Positions 12,940 through 27,000 of a stretch of 64,000 bases of DNA are shown piece after piece (within the stretch, counting starts at the first letter, position 1; each line of letters starts with the position of its first letter). Origin of the DNA: Epiperipatus broadwayi (taxonomy: Eukaryota > Animalia > Onychophora); contig JAQFVV010000003.1 of NCBI GenBank assembly GCA_028023455.1, positions 22,444,001 through 22,508,000 of the forward strand, read 5' to 3'. The translations under genes were made by a program, and so were the position numbers. The notes beneath the pieces were generated by a model. It worked only from the letters and a program-made list of their open reading frames with translations, made no database searches and was not told the DNA's origin.

Positions 12940-14330
12940 GAATTATTTTGTCTTCCAATAGCTTCTTCCAAATGTTGTTGATTTTCTTTAATTCACATCT
13001 TTCATTTATGCTCTTGGGTCTTTTATTTTCCTTCCAGCAGATAAGAGTAATACTACAGTAATTTTCAATAGGGCTGATTATTACAAAAAAATACGTAATT
13101 TATTGAATGATAATATTTATAAGAAAATTTATAGAGATCCTATGTCTTAACTTGAAAAGAAAATGAAAGCATCAATTTATTCTACTAATCTAGATTTAGA
13201 AACGAAGATCCAGCTTACTTCCAGGGATACATCTTTTTATCCAAACCAAATATTCCATTGAGACCAATTGTAAGTACATTTGGTTCACTAACATAGACAC
13301 TAGCTCGTTTTCTGACTTCTTTTTTACAGCCACATTTAACAGAAATGTCATCACATGTGAAAAATGCGAATCATTTTTTTGAGCTTATCCGGAATATTAA
13401 ATTGACTAAGAATGATATTTTGGTAAGTTTTGATATTGGTTCATTTTTTACTTGTGTACCTGTGTAAATGAAGCTGTTTAAATTTTTAAAATATTCAATT
13501 ACCTAATTATGCTATGGTTTTGATTGAACACTGCTTATTGAATACATTTTTTTTTTTTTTGATAGGCACATGTATAAACAAACATCAGGTCTAGCTATGG
13601 GTTCACCAATTTCTCCAACATTAGCTTTTATTTTTATGAAGGATTTGGAAAAAAAAATTTGATTTCAGCAGTTAAGAAAACATCTATATGGCTGAGGTAT
13701 AATGATGATATCTTTGTTTTTTGGCCCTATAGTAAGCATACTCTTGACGACTTTTTTAATTTTTTAAACTCTTTTCACAATATCAAATTTACTAAGGAAA
13801 TAGAAAATAATAACCAATTACCTTTTTTAGATGTTTTAATTGAAAGAAAGGAAGATGGTTCTTTATCCCATGGTATATATAAAAAAAAAAAACACACACT
13901 GGGAGGTATCTACATTTTTCTTCCCATCACCATCCTGCACAACTATTTTCAGTGGCAAAGAACATTGTTAGATAGAATGAAGAGACTTTCTGATGATAGC
14001 CATTTTCTCCAAGACATTTCTGTTACTAATAAAATGCTTTTTAGTAATGGTTTTAATTACAGCATTATTAACAGGGCTTATTCATATAAAGAGAAAAAAG
14101 ATTTTGATACATCAGACATTAAGACAATTTTGCCATACATAAAAGAAGTAACTGACAAAATTGGTAATATTCTAAAAAAAAATATTCACACAGTTTACAC
14201 TACCTTTAAAAAAATTAATGAAATATTTCCACTTCCTAAAAATAAAAATTTCTTTGGAATGTCACGGTGCATATGAAATTCCATGTAGAATGGGTTCACA
14301 TTCATATATTGGACAGTATATGAATGTGAA
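12940..14330 (+). mobile_element. Penelope-like element, frameshifted RT with the start of GIY-YIG
   Basis: ADKSNTTV (~13040), LVSFDIGSFFTCVP (~13420), GLAMGSPISP (~13590), WLRYNDDIFVFW and FLDVLIER (ORF 13659-14276), GAYEIPC...YIGQ (~14270-14318). Confidence 0.9.
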
Positions 14331-14377
14331 CCCATTCTACATGGAATTTCATCCATCCATATCAGTGCATAGCTGTA

Positions 14378-15335
14378 GGGAGCCTGAAAGTCTTGAGTTC
14401 AAGTCGTTTCTAATTATATTAAGTTTAGTATAGTCATTATACTTATATCTGAATATTACATATTCAGCCTGTATTCTGCACATCTCTCTTCTTTGTATTT
14501 AAATGGAGATAAAAAGATCTTATATATGTGAGGGGTCAGAGTGACTTAAAGTCAAAATGGGCATGACAATAATATTGGCATCAACAAGGGTTTTGAGTGT
14601 TCCATCACTGGATTTTCAATGATATGGATGGCTAAGAGTTGGAGTATGGAGAAGAATGAAGTTTCTCCATTTTTACTATCTTAATATAAACTGAGCAGTG
14701 ATTGTGTGGGAGATGGTGATTAGCACCAACTGATGAGTGCTAGTTCAGCACGAAACACATTGGAGATCATTTACTTTTTTCACATTATGTGGTCATGTGT
14801 ATCAGTTGTAAGAGATGCTGTGCATATATATAGGGATCTTGAAAGTCTAAGTTCTTTCTAATTATATTAAATTTAGTATAGACATTACGTTTTACACTTT
14901 AATATTACACATTTAGCCTGTATTCTTCCCATCCCTCTTCTGTGTATTTAAATAGATGTATTAAGGTTCTATATGTTGAGGGATCAGAATGACTTAAAGT
15001 CAACATTGATATGACAATAATATTGGCATTAGTAAAGGCTTTAAGTGTTCCATCTGGATTTTTGATGCTATGGATGGCTGAAGACTTGGAGGGTGGAGAA
15101 TATTAAAGCTTGTCTATTAAAGTTTCTTAATATAAACTGAGTAGTAATTGCATATATGTGAGAGAGATACTAATCTGGACCAACTGATGAGTGCTGCTAG
15201 TTCGGCATTAAATGCATATATTGAAGACCATTTATTTTTTCCACATGTATGTAGTCATGTATGACAGTTGTATAAGATGGAGTGCATAATTATAAGGAGC
15301 TTGAAAGTCTGAGGTCAAGTCCTTTCTAATATATA
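14378..15335 (+). repeat. Two tandem ~460-490 bp hammerhead-containing units (PLE pseudo-LTR or retrozyme), family B
   Basis: 14378-14838 and 14839-15335 are colinear diverged copies, each with ACCAA-CUGAUGA-GUGCU...AGCAC/GGCAU. A third copy lies at 56768-57205. Confidence 0.8.
14724..14764 (+). ncRNA. Degenerate hammerhead ribozyme (family B)
   Basis: CCAA-CUGAUGA-GUGCU(AGUUC)AGCAC-GAAA-CACA-UUGG. Core and helix II are perfect and helix I CCAA/UUGG pairs, but helix III and the NUH triplet are partly deleted. The sister motif at ~15180-15223 has GAAA>UAAA. Confidence 0.7.
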
Positions 15336-16005
15336 TATAAACACTGAATTCATAAAATACAGTAAACAATACATACCATATTGTAATAAAAAGCTTATAA
15401 ACAAAATGTGAACTATTATCCACCAATGTATAGAACAAAATATAGCGAATATTGGAACTCTGTGTCACTATACTGTATATAATAAAATTGCTATTATAGT
15501 ATATATTGTTGTTTTTTTTTTAAATTATTTAAAAACAACAATCCAAACTTGTTATATCTTTCAAAGTCTTACTTGAGATGTTTACTCAGAAAGAAACTTA
15601 CATGTATTATTCAAAAATTTGCTTTCAAAAAATGTTTTGAAATTTAAAGCAAATAAGTATTATTGCAATTGAATATTAGAGATTTCTGCTTCTGATCAGA
15701 CATTATCACATTTTTCCTTTGACTAAATTTTTTATTTTACACAGCCTAGAATTGATCCAGGAACTTTCAACTTTCGAATCTGCTATTTTACAAGTGAGAT
15801 AAATTGCATAAAGCAATAAAGATAAACAATTGATCATTTTGACTATGTAAAAAAAAAAAGCTTATTTTCCTCTATGTTTGTTAAATCAGAAATATTATTA
15901 AATTATTGGCTTGAATAAACTGACCAACCAATGGAAAGGACACCAATTGATGCTTATTTCATCATGAAAATAAAAAAATAATCAAATTTTTGCTTTATTG
16001 CTCAG

Positions 16006-16206
16006 GATTTCACTAAAAAGTTTAAACATCCAAAGTTACAAAGATGGATTCATGCTCTATGGACCTAGAGTTTTAATGTCCTCCATTCTACTGGTACACA
16101 AATTCATACAGAACATTCCACCAATAGTAATAGCCATAATATTCATTACTCAATTATTAAATATATCTTCAACAGAAAACTTATTATGCATGCTCATTCC
16201 TGGGGG
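16006..16206 (+). CDS. Two candidate internal exons of an unidentified gene (16006-16093 and 16176-16206)
   Basis: Pyrimidine-rich AG acceptor at 16005, GT at 16094, AG at 16175 and GT at 16207. The phase-compatible join reads ISLKSLNIQSYKDGFMLYGPRVLMSSILL-KTYYACSFLG. No recognisable family. Confidence 0.3.
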
Positions 16207-18036
16207 GTATGAAAAGACAAAATTAAAAAAAAAAAGTATTAAAAAAAAGATTATATATTAAGGCAGCATAATCAATAGAAAAATCACAAAACTAACCATA
16301 AATTATAACGGAAAGTTGTAATTATTAAACTCTTAAAAAAACTGTTAAAATCATTTTTTATCGATTACAATCCCTTCAACCAAGAATGCTTTTTTTAAAA
16401 AAATAATTGCGTTAATTAAAGCTACCCAAAGCTCAAATTGCCATAATAAATAAGCATAAGTAACTATTACATTCAATCAATAAATTACTTAATTTCACAT
16501 TTATATATATAAAAAAAATAAGTTTTATTAAAACAGAGAAAAATAACGCATAATAAAAAAATTAGTGAAAATCTATTGCTAGGTAAGCTTAACTTGTATA
16601 TATATATATATTGAAATAATATATTTCAGGATAGTGGTTTGAGGCTGCATGTGGTGCATAGAAAGGTTAGATTAACATATATATATAATAAACCAATCAC
16701 AACATATATAATATATGACTGCTTGTATATGAGGTCTCTGATAAATTTAGATAGAAGAATTTTTCATAGTTTGTACAAAATCAATCAGGTCCTTGTTATG
16801 CCTTTAAAACAAAAGGCACAATGTGAATGAATTCTCTAAACTGATTTCATATTGTCAAAATATTTTATCTATAAAAAATAATGTGTAATTATTTTTAGAT
16901 TAAGATATATTTTATATACTGTATCAATGTTACAACTCAACATTAGTATATTTATTGCAACATGAAAATTCAACACATAAACATTTGTCAGAAAGCATTC
17001 CTGCAGAAATTCTTTATCGTTTTTGTTTTCATGACCAAAATGTCTGCTGTAATGTTAATCTCTTCGTTGAACTTTATATGTTAAACTTATTTAAACACTT
17101 TTTTTGATACTTAAAATAAAATCTATTATTAATTTTTTTTTTTTTTTTGGTATCTCAAGAAATATCAAATACTACAAAAAACAAAAAAACAGAGGAATCT
17201 TCATAATAATACATAGTGATTAATAATTTTTAGCAAGCAAATTAGAAAGTAATAAATCTGCAGCATTATTGTTTTGAGGCTTTTTCCCTAACTAATTATA
17301 TGTGAAATTCATTGATATGTAATTAGTTTTAAACATACTTGTAAATATATACTTTAAATCTTTTTTTAATGCTGTATAAACATACTTGTAAATATATACT
17401 TTAAATCTTTTTTTAATGCTGTATTATTGTTTAATGGCTCTCTGTTGACTGTAATAACTTCACTTGTAACTGATCGATTAGGAAAGCATTGCACATATAT
17501 ATATATATTTTAAAAATAAATTATTTAAAGATTTCAATTTGTTATATATTGTTACATGATTTCCTGCTAAATAAAAAGAGAATGAGTGTAACAAAAAAGA
17601 AAAAATAAGAAAAATAACATATTTTTATTACGCATTGGGGATTTGGACTATCACTATAAAACAGTGCGATTTGAAAAGGATTTTCCCAGTGAATTTCGCC
17701 ATGGTAATTTCCAAAACAAATATAGAGACACTTACAGACCACACAAGTTTTATTATTAGTTTGAATAAGCCATAAGACATATGTTATAATTTATAATAAA
17801 TAAATATAGATAAGTATTAATTTGTTATTCAAATGAATTCCATTATATAAACTTAATTACGTGTGTGGATTATTTGATAAAAATATTTGTTGTTATTTAG
17901 ATACACAGCAAATAATTAAAGTGCCTACAAAATATTTTATCTATTCTAGTGGAACCAATTGCTTGATGTTTTTTTCCCCCACTCATTATAATCTATCATT
18001 AAACAAAAGAAAATCCAAGACATTGTATAATGACTT

Positions 18037-21000
18037 TTAAGAGTTTATCGAATAAACAATATAACCATGAAAATTTCTTCCTGTAAAATAAATCCTTAAA
18101 ATCTTTATATGCCTGGCTATATAACTTGAGTAAGTTAAGTTGAAATAACAAGCATAGAAAAAAAAGTCTATTAGAGAACAAACATTTGAGATTAAGAAGC
18201 TAACTTTTTAATAAAAAGCATAATTTATGCGTGAGAGATTCTGAAGTTATTTTTGAATTAATTAAAACATTGGCTAAAATTGACCTAGTAAAACTGATTG
18301 TGATTTATCACATTGCAGCTATCAAAGTCTGGAAAGTTTTATGTAAATAAAAAGGTAAAAGTGTTAATAATTGTAATTTTTTAATATTCTATTGTATGTT
18401 TTGTTAAACACAATTATATAGAATTCATTCTGTTTTAATTAAGTAATTTTATTTCATAGATGGGATGGGTCTTTTTCCTGTGATGAAAAACATTTACATT
18501 TTTTTTTTAAAAAAAGATCTTACTTGCAAATATAGATTTATGAAAATTGCACAAATTGATACTTATAATGTATAAATAATTACTTATTTATTATAAAAAT
18601 GATTTTGAATCAATATTTGTAAAAATAAAATACATATGATACAAAAAAATATATTTTATTTCTTTACAAGTTTTTATTGCGAATCCATTAAAATAAGACC
18701 ATCATCATCATCATTATTCAATACATACAAATGTTAATCTAAAGCTGATTTCACATTAAAACATAACTGAAAAATCTGCCACATAATCAATGTTTCTACA
18801 ATTATATTACTTTGCATATGATATTTATTGTAAGACTTATAAATTAAAAACTTTAGCAAAAAAGGGAAACATAATTTCATTTAGCATGTGATAAAATGTT
18901 TTACTTTTTTAATTTTCACAAAAGTCATTGATCATATAGAACTGGGGCCTTGACAAATAATAGATCATGTGCCATCACAATGCACTCAGGTCTGTTCACA
19001 AGACCAAGTGCACTGAAATTTATCTTGCACAAAGATGTCTTATACCCATGCAATGGACTTGAATACCAAAATACCGGTTTTAGAGAAACTCTTCAGTGCT
19101 GGAAATCCTAAATGCAAGACTTCCTGAAAAGTGTTTTATAGCAAACTAGAGATGCATTTTTGTGAGCGAGTTATAATAATTATCTTAAAGACATTTTTAA
19201 AAAAATATGACAATTATTGTTTTCATTAGAAAGCTATGTCAGAAAATGGAATACATTGGAGAGCTACAATTAGACATGAAGTATTTCAGAATGAAAATTT
19301 TCTTCTGAATAAATTAAAAGACAGCATAACAAAATATCAAATAAGCACAGATATGATCCTGCATTTTTTACATGTGAATTGATTTGTGGTTCATGGATAC
19401 ATTTGCAAAGCCATTGCAAAACTTACTACTAATGAATGGATCTTTTTTTTTCTTTTTCTTTCTTTGGAATTGGAATGGTCATACTTCTTTACATGTGAAT
19501 GAAATATGTATGTATCATATTTGTTGTTAAAAATTTACCAACACCCATTAACTTAAAGTACAGTACATTTATATACAAACACAATGGTTGGATATATACT
19601 TAATTTAGCTAACCAGGTAATTATTCAAACGGAAGTCAATCTCTAACTAGGTAAATAGAAAGTGCTGAAGGCTGAACTACCTTTTCCAAAAGTTATAGTC
19701 AATTTTCTAATAATATCTTACAAATTATCAGATAGTAAAGATAATCTTTTTATATGATTATTTAAATGCACGAAGCATTTTAAATGTTTAGTGGTAAATT
19801 AATTCTTTTAACGTTTTTTTTTTTAAATCTTATATATATAACATTTGAAGCTTCCTTTCTTTTTTTTAAAAAATTTTAATCTGGGTCAGCAATAATGATT
19901 AAAAGAATAGTATTTTAAAGCATTTCTTGTCTATTAAACATTTATTTTAAAACGTAGTTAAATTATAATAAATAGATAAAAAAAGTAAAACAGCCTTTAA
20001 AAACCCATTACATACAGATCAAAAAAATCAGTGATGGAAGTTTCAGGTTTGTCAATTGCTATTAAAAAGAATTTCCATAATTTTCTATCCTTGTTGGATT
20101 TTTAGCTTAAGAACATTTTGATAATCATTTAATAAGAAATGCTGGATGATTAAATTAATTGATTTGTATCAGCTACTTGAAAGAAAAATAAATTCTCAAG
20201 ATGGCCAGGGTTAGTCTTCAATATAATGAATACTATTGTTAATTACATAATGCTCCAACTTTATTTTTAAAATGTTCCATAAGCAAATGGACATAGATAA
20301 CTGCTAGGAAAGAAAGTTTATTTCACTCTCTAGCGGATAATAGCTGTTACCTATTAACCAATCATTAATTGAATTGCTAATACCATTAATTATGGATAGA
20401 CCTGAAAACAAAAAATTATTACTGCATGACGCATCATCATCTATGGGGAAGGATCCATTATATATACTAAATATATATATATTTTTTTGTAATAGCACAT
20501 CATTATTTTAACCAATACAAACTAGTCCTGGAATCTTCGAAACAAAATTTTTCTAGGGACATTTCTGTGGTTTTTATTATTCTATGACAAAAATCTTAAA
20601 TTTTTCATTGTCTCCATTTTCAGATTTGTCAAGTATAATTACCCCCCCCCCCCCGTCATCAAATAATTCATTTTCATAATCAGTTTGAAATATATTTTTC
20701 ATTATCTTATTTAAGAGTGAGCATTAAGATTTATTTTTTCAATGAGTGATCTTTTTATTATCACTTTACTTAACATCCAAAAAAGTAAAATTCGACTGGT
20801 TGACATTGAAAAATTAAATATATAAATAAATAATTTTCAGTTAAATCTTAATGTTCATTTCTAAATATATATTGTTAATTTTTTCATAAATATTCTTTTT
20901 AAAATGTTTATTTTGCTGCGTTAATTATTTTTAAAATTTTTTTTTTTTTTATCAAAAAGAAAAGATTAAAAATCTTTGACAGAGTTACTTTTGAAAAAAT

Positions 21001-24000
21001 ACAGTATATTAGTGTACACACACAAAGATACTGAATAATTTGACTGTGAGAGAATAATAGTCATTAGAATCTATAACTACATGTAATTAATCTGTTGACA
21101 ACTTATAAGTGCTATAGAAATGACTGAATATTATTTTAAAAATTTCAATTATTAACTTATGGATAAATCATAAGTGTTTTAGCGGGTATATTTAAAAATT
21201 CTATATTTTGAATGACCCCCCCCCCCCCGGCGAACTAAAGCAAATGAATCAAATTATAGTATTTTAAAAGTGATTGGTAGCCCAAAAAATATTTATTGAT
21301 GCATTAAATTTATACGGGAGTTGCCATCGTTTTTATATGGAAAGCAAATAACTTCATTTGTGAGTTAAGATGACATGGTAAAATTAAGAATACATTATAT
21401 ATTATTTATAAATATTGTAAAATATAATTGTATTGCTCATTAAATTTTTCATTTATCTGATGAAACAAATTACTGTTTCTATTTGCATTTCATTTAATAT
21501 TATTTCTGAAAGAAAAAAAAGAACTAAAAATCATAAAAAATGTAATGATAATCCAATCTCCCAAACTTTTTCTACCAACGATTTCTTCGAAATTCTCTGT
21601 TTTTTTGTTGTTGTTTTTTTTTTTTGGATTATTAATTTGAATTAATTTTTTTTGTTTAAATTTTTCAATTTTTTTTAAAAAGATATTTTAATTCTTGCAT
21701 CCAAGCTGCAAATGTATTTGATAGAATTCTGATAGCAGACTATCTATTAATATTTGATTACTTGATCCTTTAATGGTAGATGATATCTAAAGGTTCTCTT
21801 GCTGTTCACATAAGTTATATATATATATATCTGTACTAGCACTCCTCCCCATTTCTCAAATTGCATAAGATATGTTAGTTGCAGTGCAGTCCTTGTTATC
21901 TTCACTCTTTATTTTTTTCCGAGTATTTATCAAAATGGTAATGACTTGAGCGATTATTTGATTATTATTAATATTTACTCTTTGATTGCTTATTATAGTA
22001 AATATTTTTTTATTTTAAATATACTTCCAAAAAAAATGGATGATAGTAAAACTTTAAGCTATTTTACTTATTTTTATTTAAGATATTGTTTCAGTTATTT
22101 TTTTCTCATTATCAACAGAATATTATGATTTTAAAATAGATAAACAGAAGCAGTTCTTTGTTACTACCATTATTTAGATGAAATACATTTGCATTTAATG
22201 ATTTTAAACTAGCAAAAATGAGTTAGTAAAGATTACTTATTAAAGAATTTAGCGCTAAGGTATGCAAGAATGTGTTTTGCGTAATGTCTTAATAATTGTA
22301 TTATGGCTAATGTTTATATAAAAATGAATAAAAAATTAATTGACTATTTATTTTCATTTATGAATAAAAAAGCTTTTTTAAAAAATGTTTTCCATTTGTT
22401 TACAATGAGCTGTCATTAAATATTAACTTTGAAAAGTTTCATTGAAAGTAATTTAAATAAAAAATTGTACCTTTATTTAATTATTATTTTTATTGAATCA
22501 TTTTTTTTTTTAGTATTAAATATATATGCATCTTATAAAATTTGTTTAAATTAAAACTTTAGCTGTGAAAGAACAACTTTTTTAAGTTACATTATGAATA
22601 CTTTCATTTTGGTATTAGCTTGCATCAAATAATTCAGAGTCTATGTAGTCACTTCACATTTGGGGATAGTTTTTTCTGTTTTGTAAGTAAAGTTGTCATG
22701 CATCCTATTTTTAGTAGGGTAGCTTTACAAATTAAGATAAATATCCTAAATCTTGAATGAAAAATTAATTGTCTTACTTGTAAACTAACAAAAAAATGTT
22801 ATGTTAAAAAATTAAAGAAACACAAAGAACAAACAATCAATTAATTTCTGAATTCACATATAAGATTTTGTGGACATAATAAAAATCTTCAATGCCAACA
22901 ATATTTCCCTCTAATAATGAAAAGTTTAATTTTATCACAAACTTCCATTTTTGGATATGGAACTTTTTATAAATCAATCCAATTTTATGAAAATATATTT
23001 TAATGTATTTTAGTAATAAACGTGCAATTTTAATTAAACATGTAAATCTATTGTAATATGAAAATATAATGAAGAAAGTAAAAATTTAAAATATAATTTA
23101 TACATATATACTATTAAACATTGAAATCATCAAAGATCCAAAAAGAAGACAAATATATGAAACATATTATATTAAAAATAATTTGATTAATTGTATGAAT
23201 ATTTATAAGACTTTTGCAAATTTGGTTAAAAATTGTTTGATTAAAAATGAATGGAAAATGGTATAAGATAATATATATATATATTTGTATAAAAAATGCA
23301 TGCAAATATTGTTTGACATATTGTTATGATATAGTCAATTGTTTTTTAATTATTCAATTTACATATGAGGGTTTTGATTTGTTTTAATTATTTATATTAT
23401 TATTGTTTGTTTTAATTCCGTTATTGGACACTGGATGGTTTTATGTCGGTGATTTGTTAACGTTAAAGAGATTAGTAAACATTTGAAAAGGGCACCAAAG
23501 CAAGTGCTGAAGAAAGTTTTTATGTATAAAATTATTATTTGATGATATAGCTGTTGTAAACAATAATTATTACTCAATGATTTTTTTTTTAATATTATGT
23601 ATTAAATACACAATTTATTAAATACACAATTGTAATTATTACATATATTACAAGAAATTCATTAAAAAGTATTTCTTGTACAATGACAGCTGCCTTACAA
23701 GCAGTTGTCCTGGGTTAGCGGATTCTCTTCCCGGCCAATGCAATCACACATGAAAAAAAATTATATTTTTAAATAACATAAAATTGGTTCCTAAAGTTTA
23801 ACAATAATATAATTTTACTTTTAGGTGAGAGAAATCTTTTATTTTTATAAATTTTTACATAATTTAAAACTAATAAAAATATTATTTTATATAAAAATAA
23901 AGACATCATAATATTCATTACTTTTATGAGTAATGTAATTGATTTGTGTTAAATTTTATCTTAATGATTAAACTGTTAAAGGAGATACTTTAACCAAAAA

Positions 24001-27000
24001 AGCAAATGTTATACAGCAGCTGATTACAAAAGTATGAATGACTCCAAAAAGTAAATAAATCTCAAGAACAATGCAAATACTGTCTAAATACATTTTCTAT
24101 TGAACTAAAAGATATTACTGCTATCAAGAATCAGGAAATGAGTGAAAATCATTGCTCAAAGTTGAAAGTCTTTGCCAGTTATCAATTGATGAAAAAATTT
24201 GTTATTAAAAAGAAAACTCTAGAAGAATTAAAAACTGTTGCCATTGAATTAGCATACATATATCATATAGTAAAACATAATTTGTTCTACAAAATATCTT
24301 GTAGAAAACAAAAGCACAGTAAAAAATACTTTGGGTCCAAAAATGTTGAAAAATACAATAACCATAAGTAAAAATTGAAGATTTAGCCTTTTCTATAATG
24401 TCTAATGCATCTAACCAGAACAAGAGAAAAAAATTTCCATTAGTCATTGAATATTTTTCAAAAAAAATTTGCAACACAAATTTATTCATTTATATAAAAA
24501 TGTCAAAAGTTATAGATTTAAGATCTGATAATACAAATGCAAATTTTGGTTATAGTCATTTGCTTTTTGTAAATTTGCAAAATGTAAATCAAAATAAATA
24601 TAAAAGTTAATTATCATGTGCATATTTTGCATAATTCATTGAGATATGCTTTAGAAGTTTCCCATAAACATTAAAAATATTGTTTTAAAAATCAATTATT
24701 ATTTTACTTTGTCAAAAGTTGAGATGAATTTCAGATATTTTCTAAATTTTACTATTGAATTTAGTCAATTTTCATGTCATAGTATAAATCGATGATTATC
24801 ATACAACCTTGTGCAGAAAGATTATTCTGAGAATGGCTGACATTAATATCATATTTTCATAATAAAGTTAATAAAAAGTTTTGCAATTAAAGATGAAGAA
24901 ATATCAGCTAAAACCTAGAACATTTATTATTTTCAATCACACATTGTAATTTTTAAAAAGTCAATAAAATAATTAGAAAAAAATAGTACCATAATTATTG
25001 GCTTATTTGCAACTCTAAAAGATTTAAGCAACATTTCACTTCTAGAAATGAGAATAGAATTTTTCAGGAATAAAGTTATGTGAATGATTTATCTCTATAT
25101 GAAAAGCAAAAGTTTGAAAATGAATTTTTAAATGTCAATAAAAAAATTTGTCTTATGTGGAAAAAAGATAAAAATCTTTAATTGTAAAGTTGTCAAACCT
25201 CAAAATTGATAATACATTAAGAAAACTGCCAAATTTTGAGATTTTGCTGAAATTATAGAACTATTTAATATTTCTAATATAAATATGAACAAACTTTTTG
25301 AAGAAATTGTGTAGATTAACAGACATTTAAAATATCATGTTAACTCACCAGACTGGCAAATAAAATGCACTATCACCAATAAATGGAATATTATTTTTAA
25401 AAACATTATATTAAATAATGAAATGATAATTGTATTTATGTACTGGACCATTTCCATCATCTAATATTAAGTACTGAATGTTTTTAGAAAAATTTTACTT
25501 TATTTAAATTTTCCAATTACATTCATCTATGTGCTATTACTAATAGTTGAATGTAATTGGAAAATTTAAATAAATTTAAATTTTTCTTAAAGATATTTGA
25601 TATCTAATGATGAGATGATGGAAATAATCCAATATATAAATACAACTAAAATACTAGCATTCCAAAGCTTCAAAAATGCATTAGGTAATGATAATTTATT
25701 TTAAGCATATTTGAATCATCATCATTCATAGTATGCATATTTTCTAAAACTAATGAAAAGAAAAGATTTTCCAGTGAACTTGATAAAATAGAATTGCTTA
25801 TAAGAATCTATTATTGTAAAAGCATAATGAACTACTGAAATATGTGAAGAGTGATAAAAAATATAAGTTCAGACATAAATAATAAACATCTGTATTTATG
25901 GTCTTACATTTAATTATTGATAATATTTATCTAAATTATATAGTATTATATCAAATCAATGTCTCTAAAATCAAACATAATTTTATTACTAATATATTTG
26001 AATTTCTTTCATTAATCACCTCTCTCTCTCTTTTTTTATTTTGCTATCAATTTGTCCTACATTGAGCGTCTCAACATGTGGTAAATCTAAATTGGAAGCA
26101 TCCCAAATGATCAGATTGTTGACTTTATAAGGTGAAATGCTTTTTTTGAAAAGTTGTACATGATCTCTGGTAGTTATCTTTCTTTTTTTTTTTTGTACTC
26201 AAAAACCCATGTGACATTTGAGCGCCCAATTAACTAATTGAACACCAATTTAAACAAAGTTTTTTTTTCCTTTACTTCGCTGAATATCACTTCACAAATT
26301 TTCAATCCCCATCCATCATTGCACTAACCTACAAAATGTAGCATATAAATGATAAATTATATGCAAAATTTAACTTGATATAGAAATCAATCAGGGAATA
26401 TGTTTTATCTACTTTATTATTTTCCATAGAAAATTACTTAAGTTATTGATTTAGCAATGGGTTTAGTATTAGTAGTTACTCAAGAAATATTTTTTCTACT
26501 TGCTCCAAAAGACTCAATACAAAATTGGGTAATTGACTGACCATTGCTTACCCCCCCCCCATCCATTCACTTAATATATTATCCAGCAATGAGGTGGTGC
26601 ATGGAGCAACTAACTAACCACTTGTTAAAATGTGCATTGGAAACAAGAACAGTTAAAATGAGATATGACTGTATATTTAATTATTCAGAGATTCTTTTTC
26701 TTAGTACATCAAAATTACTCATGACTCTATCTTTTCATTGAACACATCTTTCAATGCATTAAAATTTTAAATAAATTATTATATGATAAAATTTAAATGA
26801 AAAGAATAAATTATACATTGAAGATGTTAACTATGCTGTATCAAAATATACAACTTCAATTATGTGTTATCCCCCCAAAAAATGTAACAAATTATCAAAA
26901 ATGTAAATAGACAAACAAAACAAAAATACATCACATAATCACCATTCTTTATGCTCACACAAGCTGTTTTCATGGAGGCAAAACTCTTCATACAGTAGCG

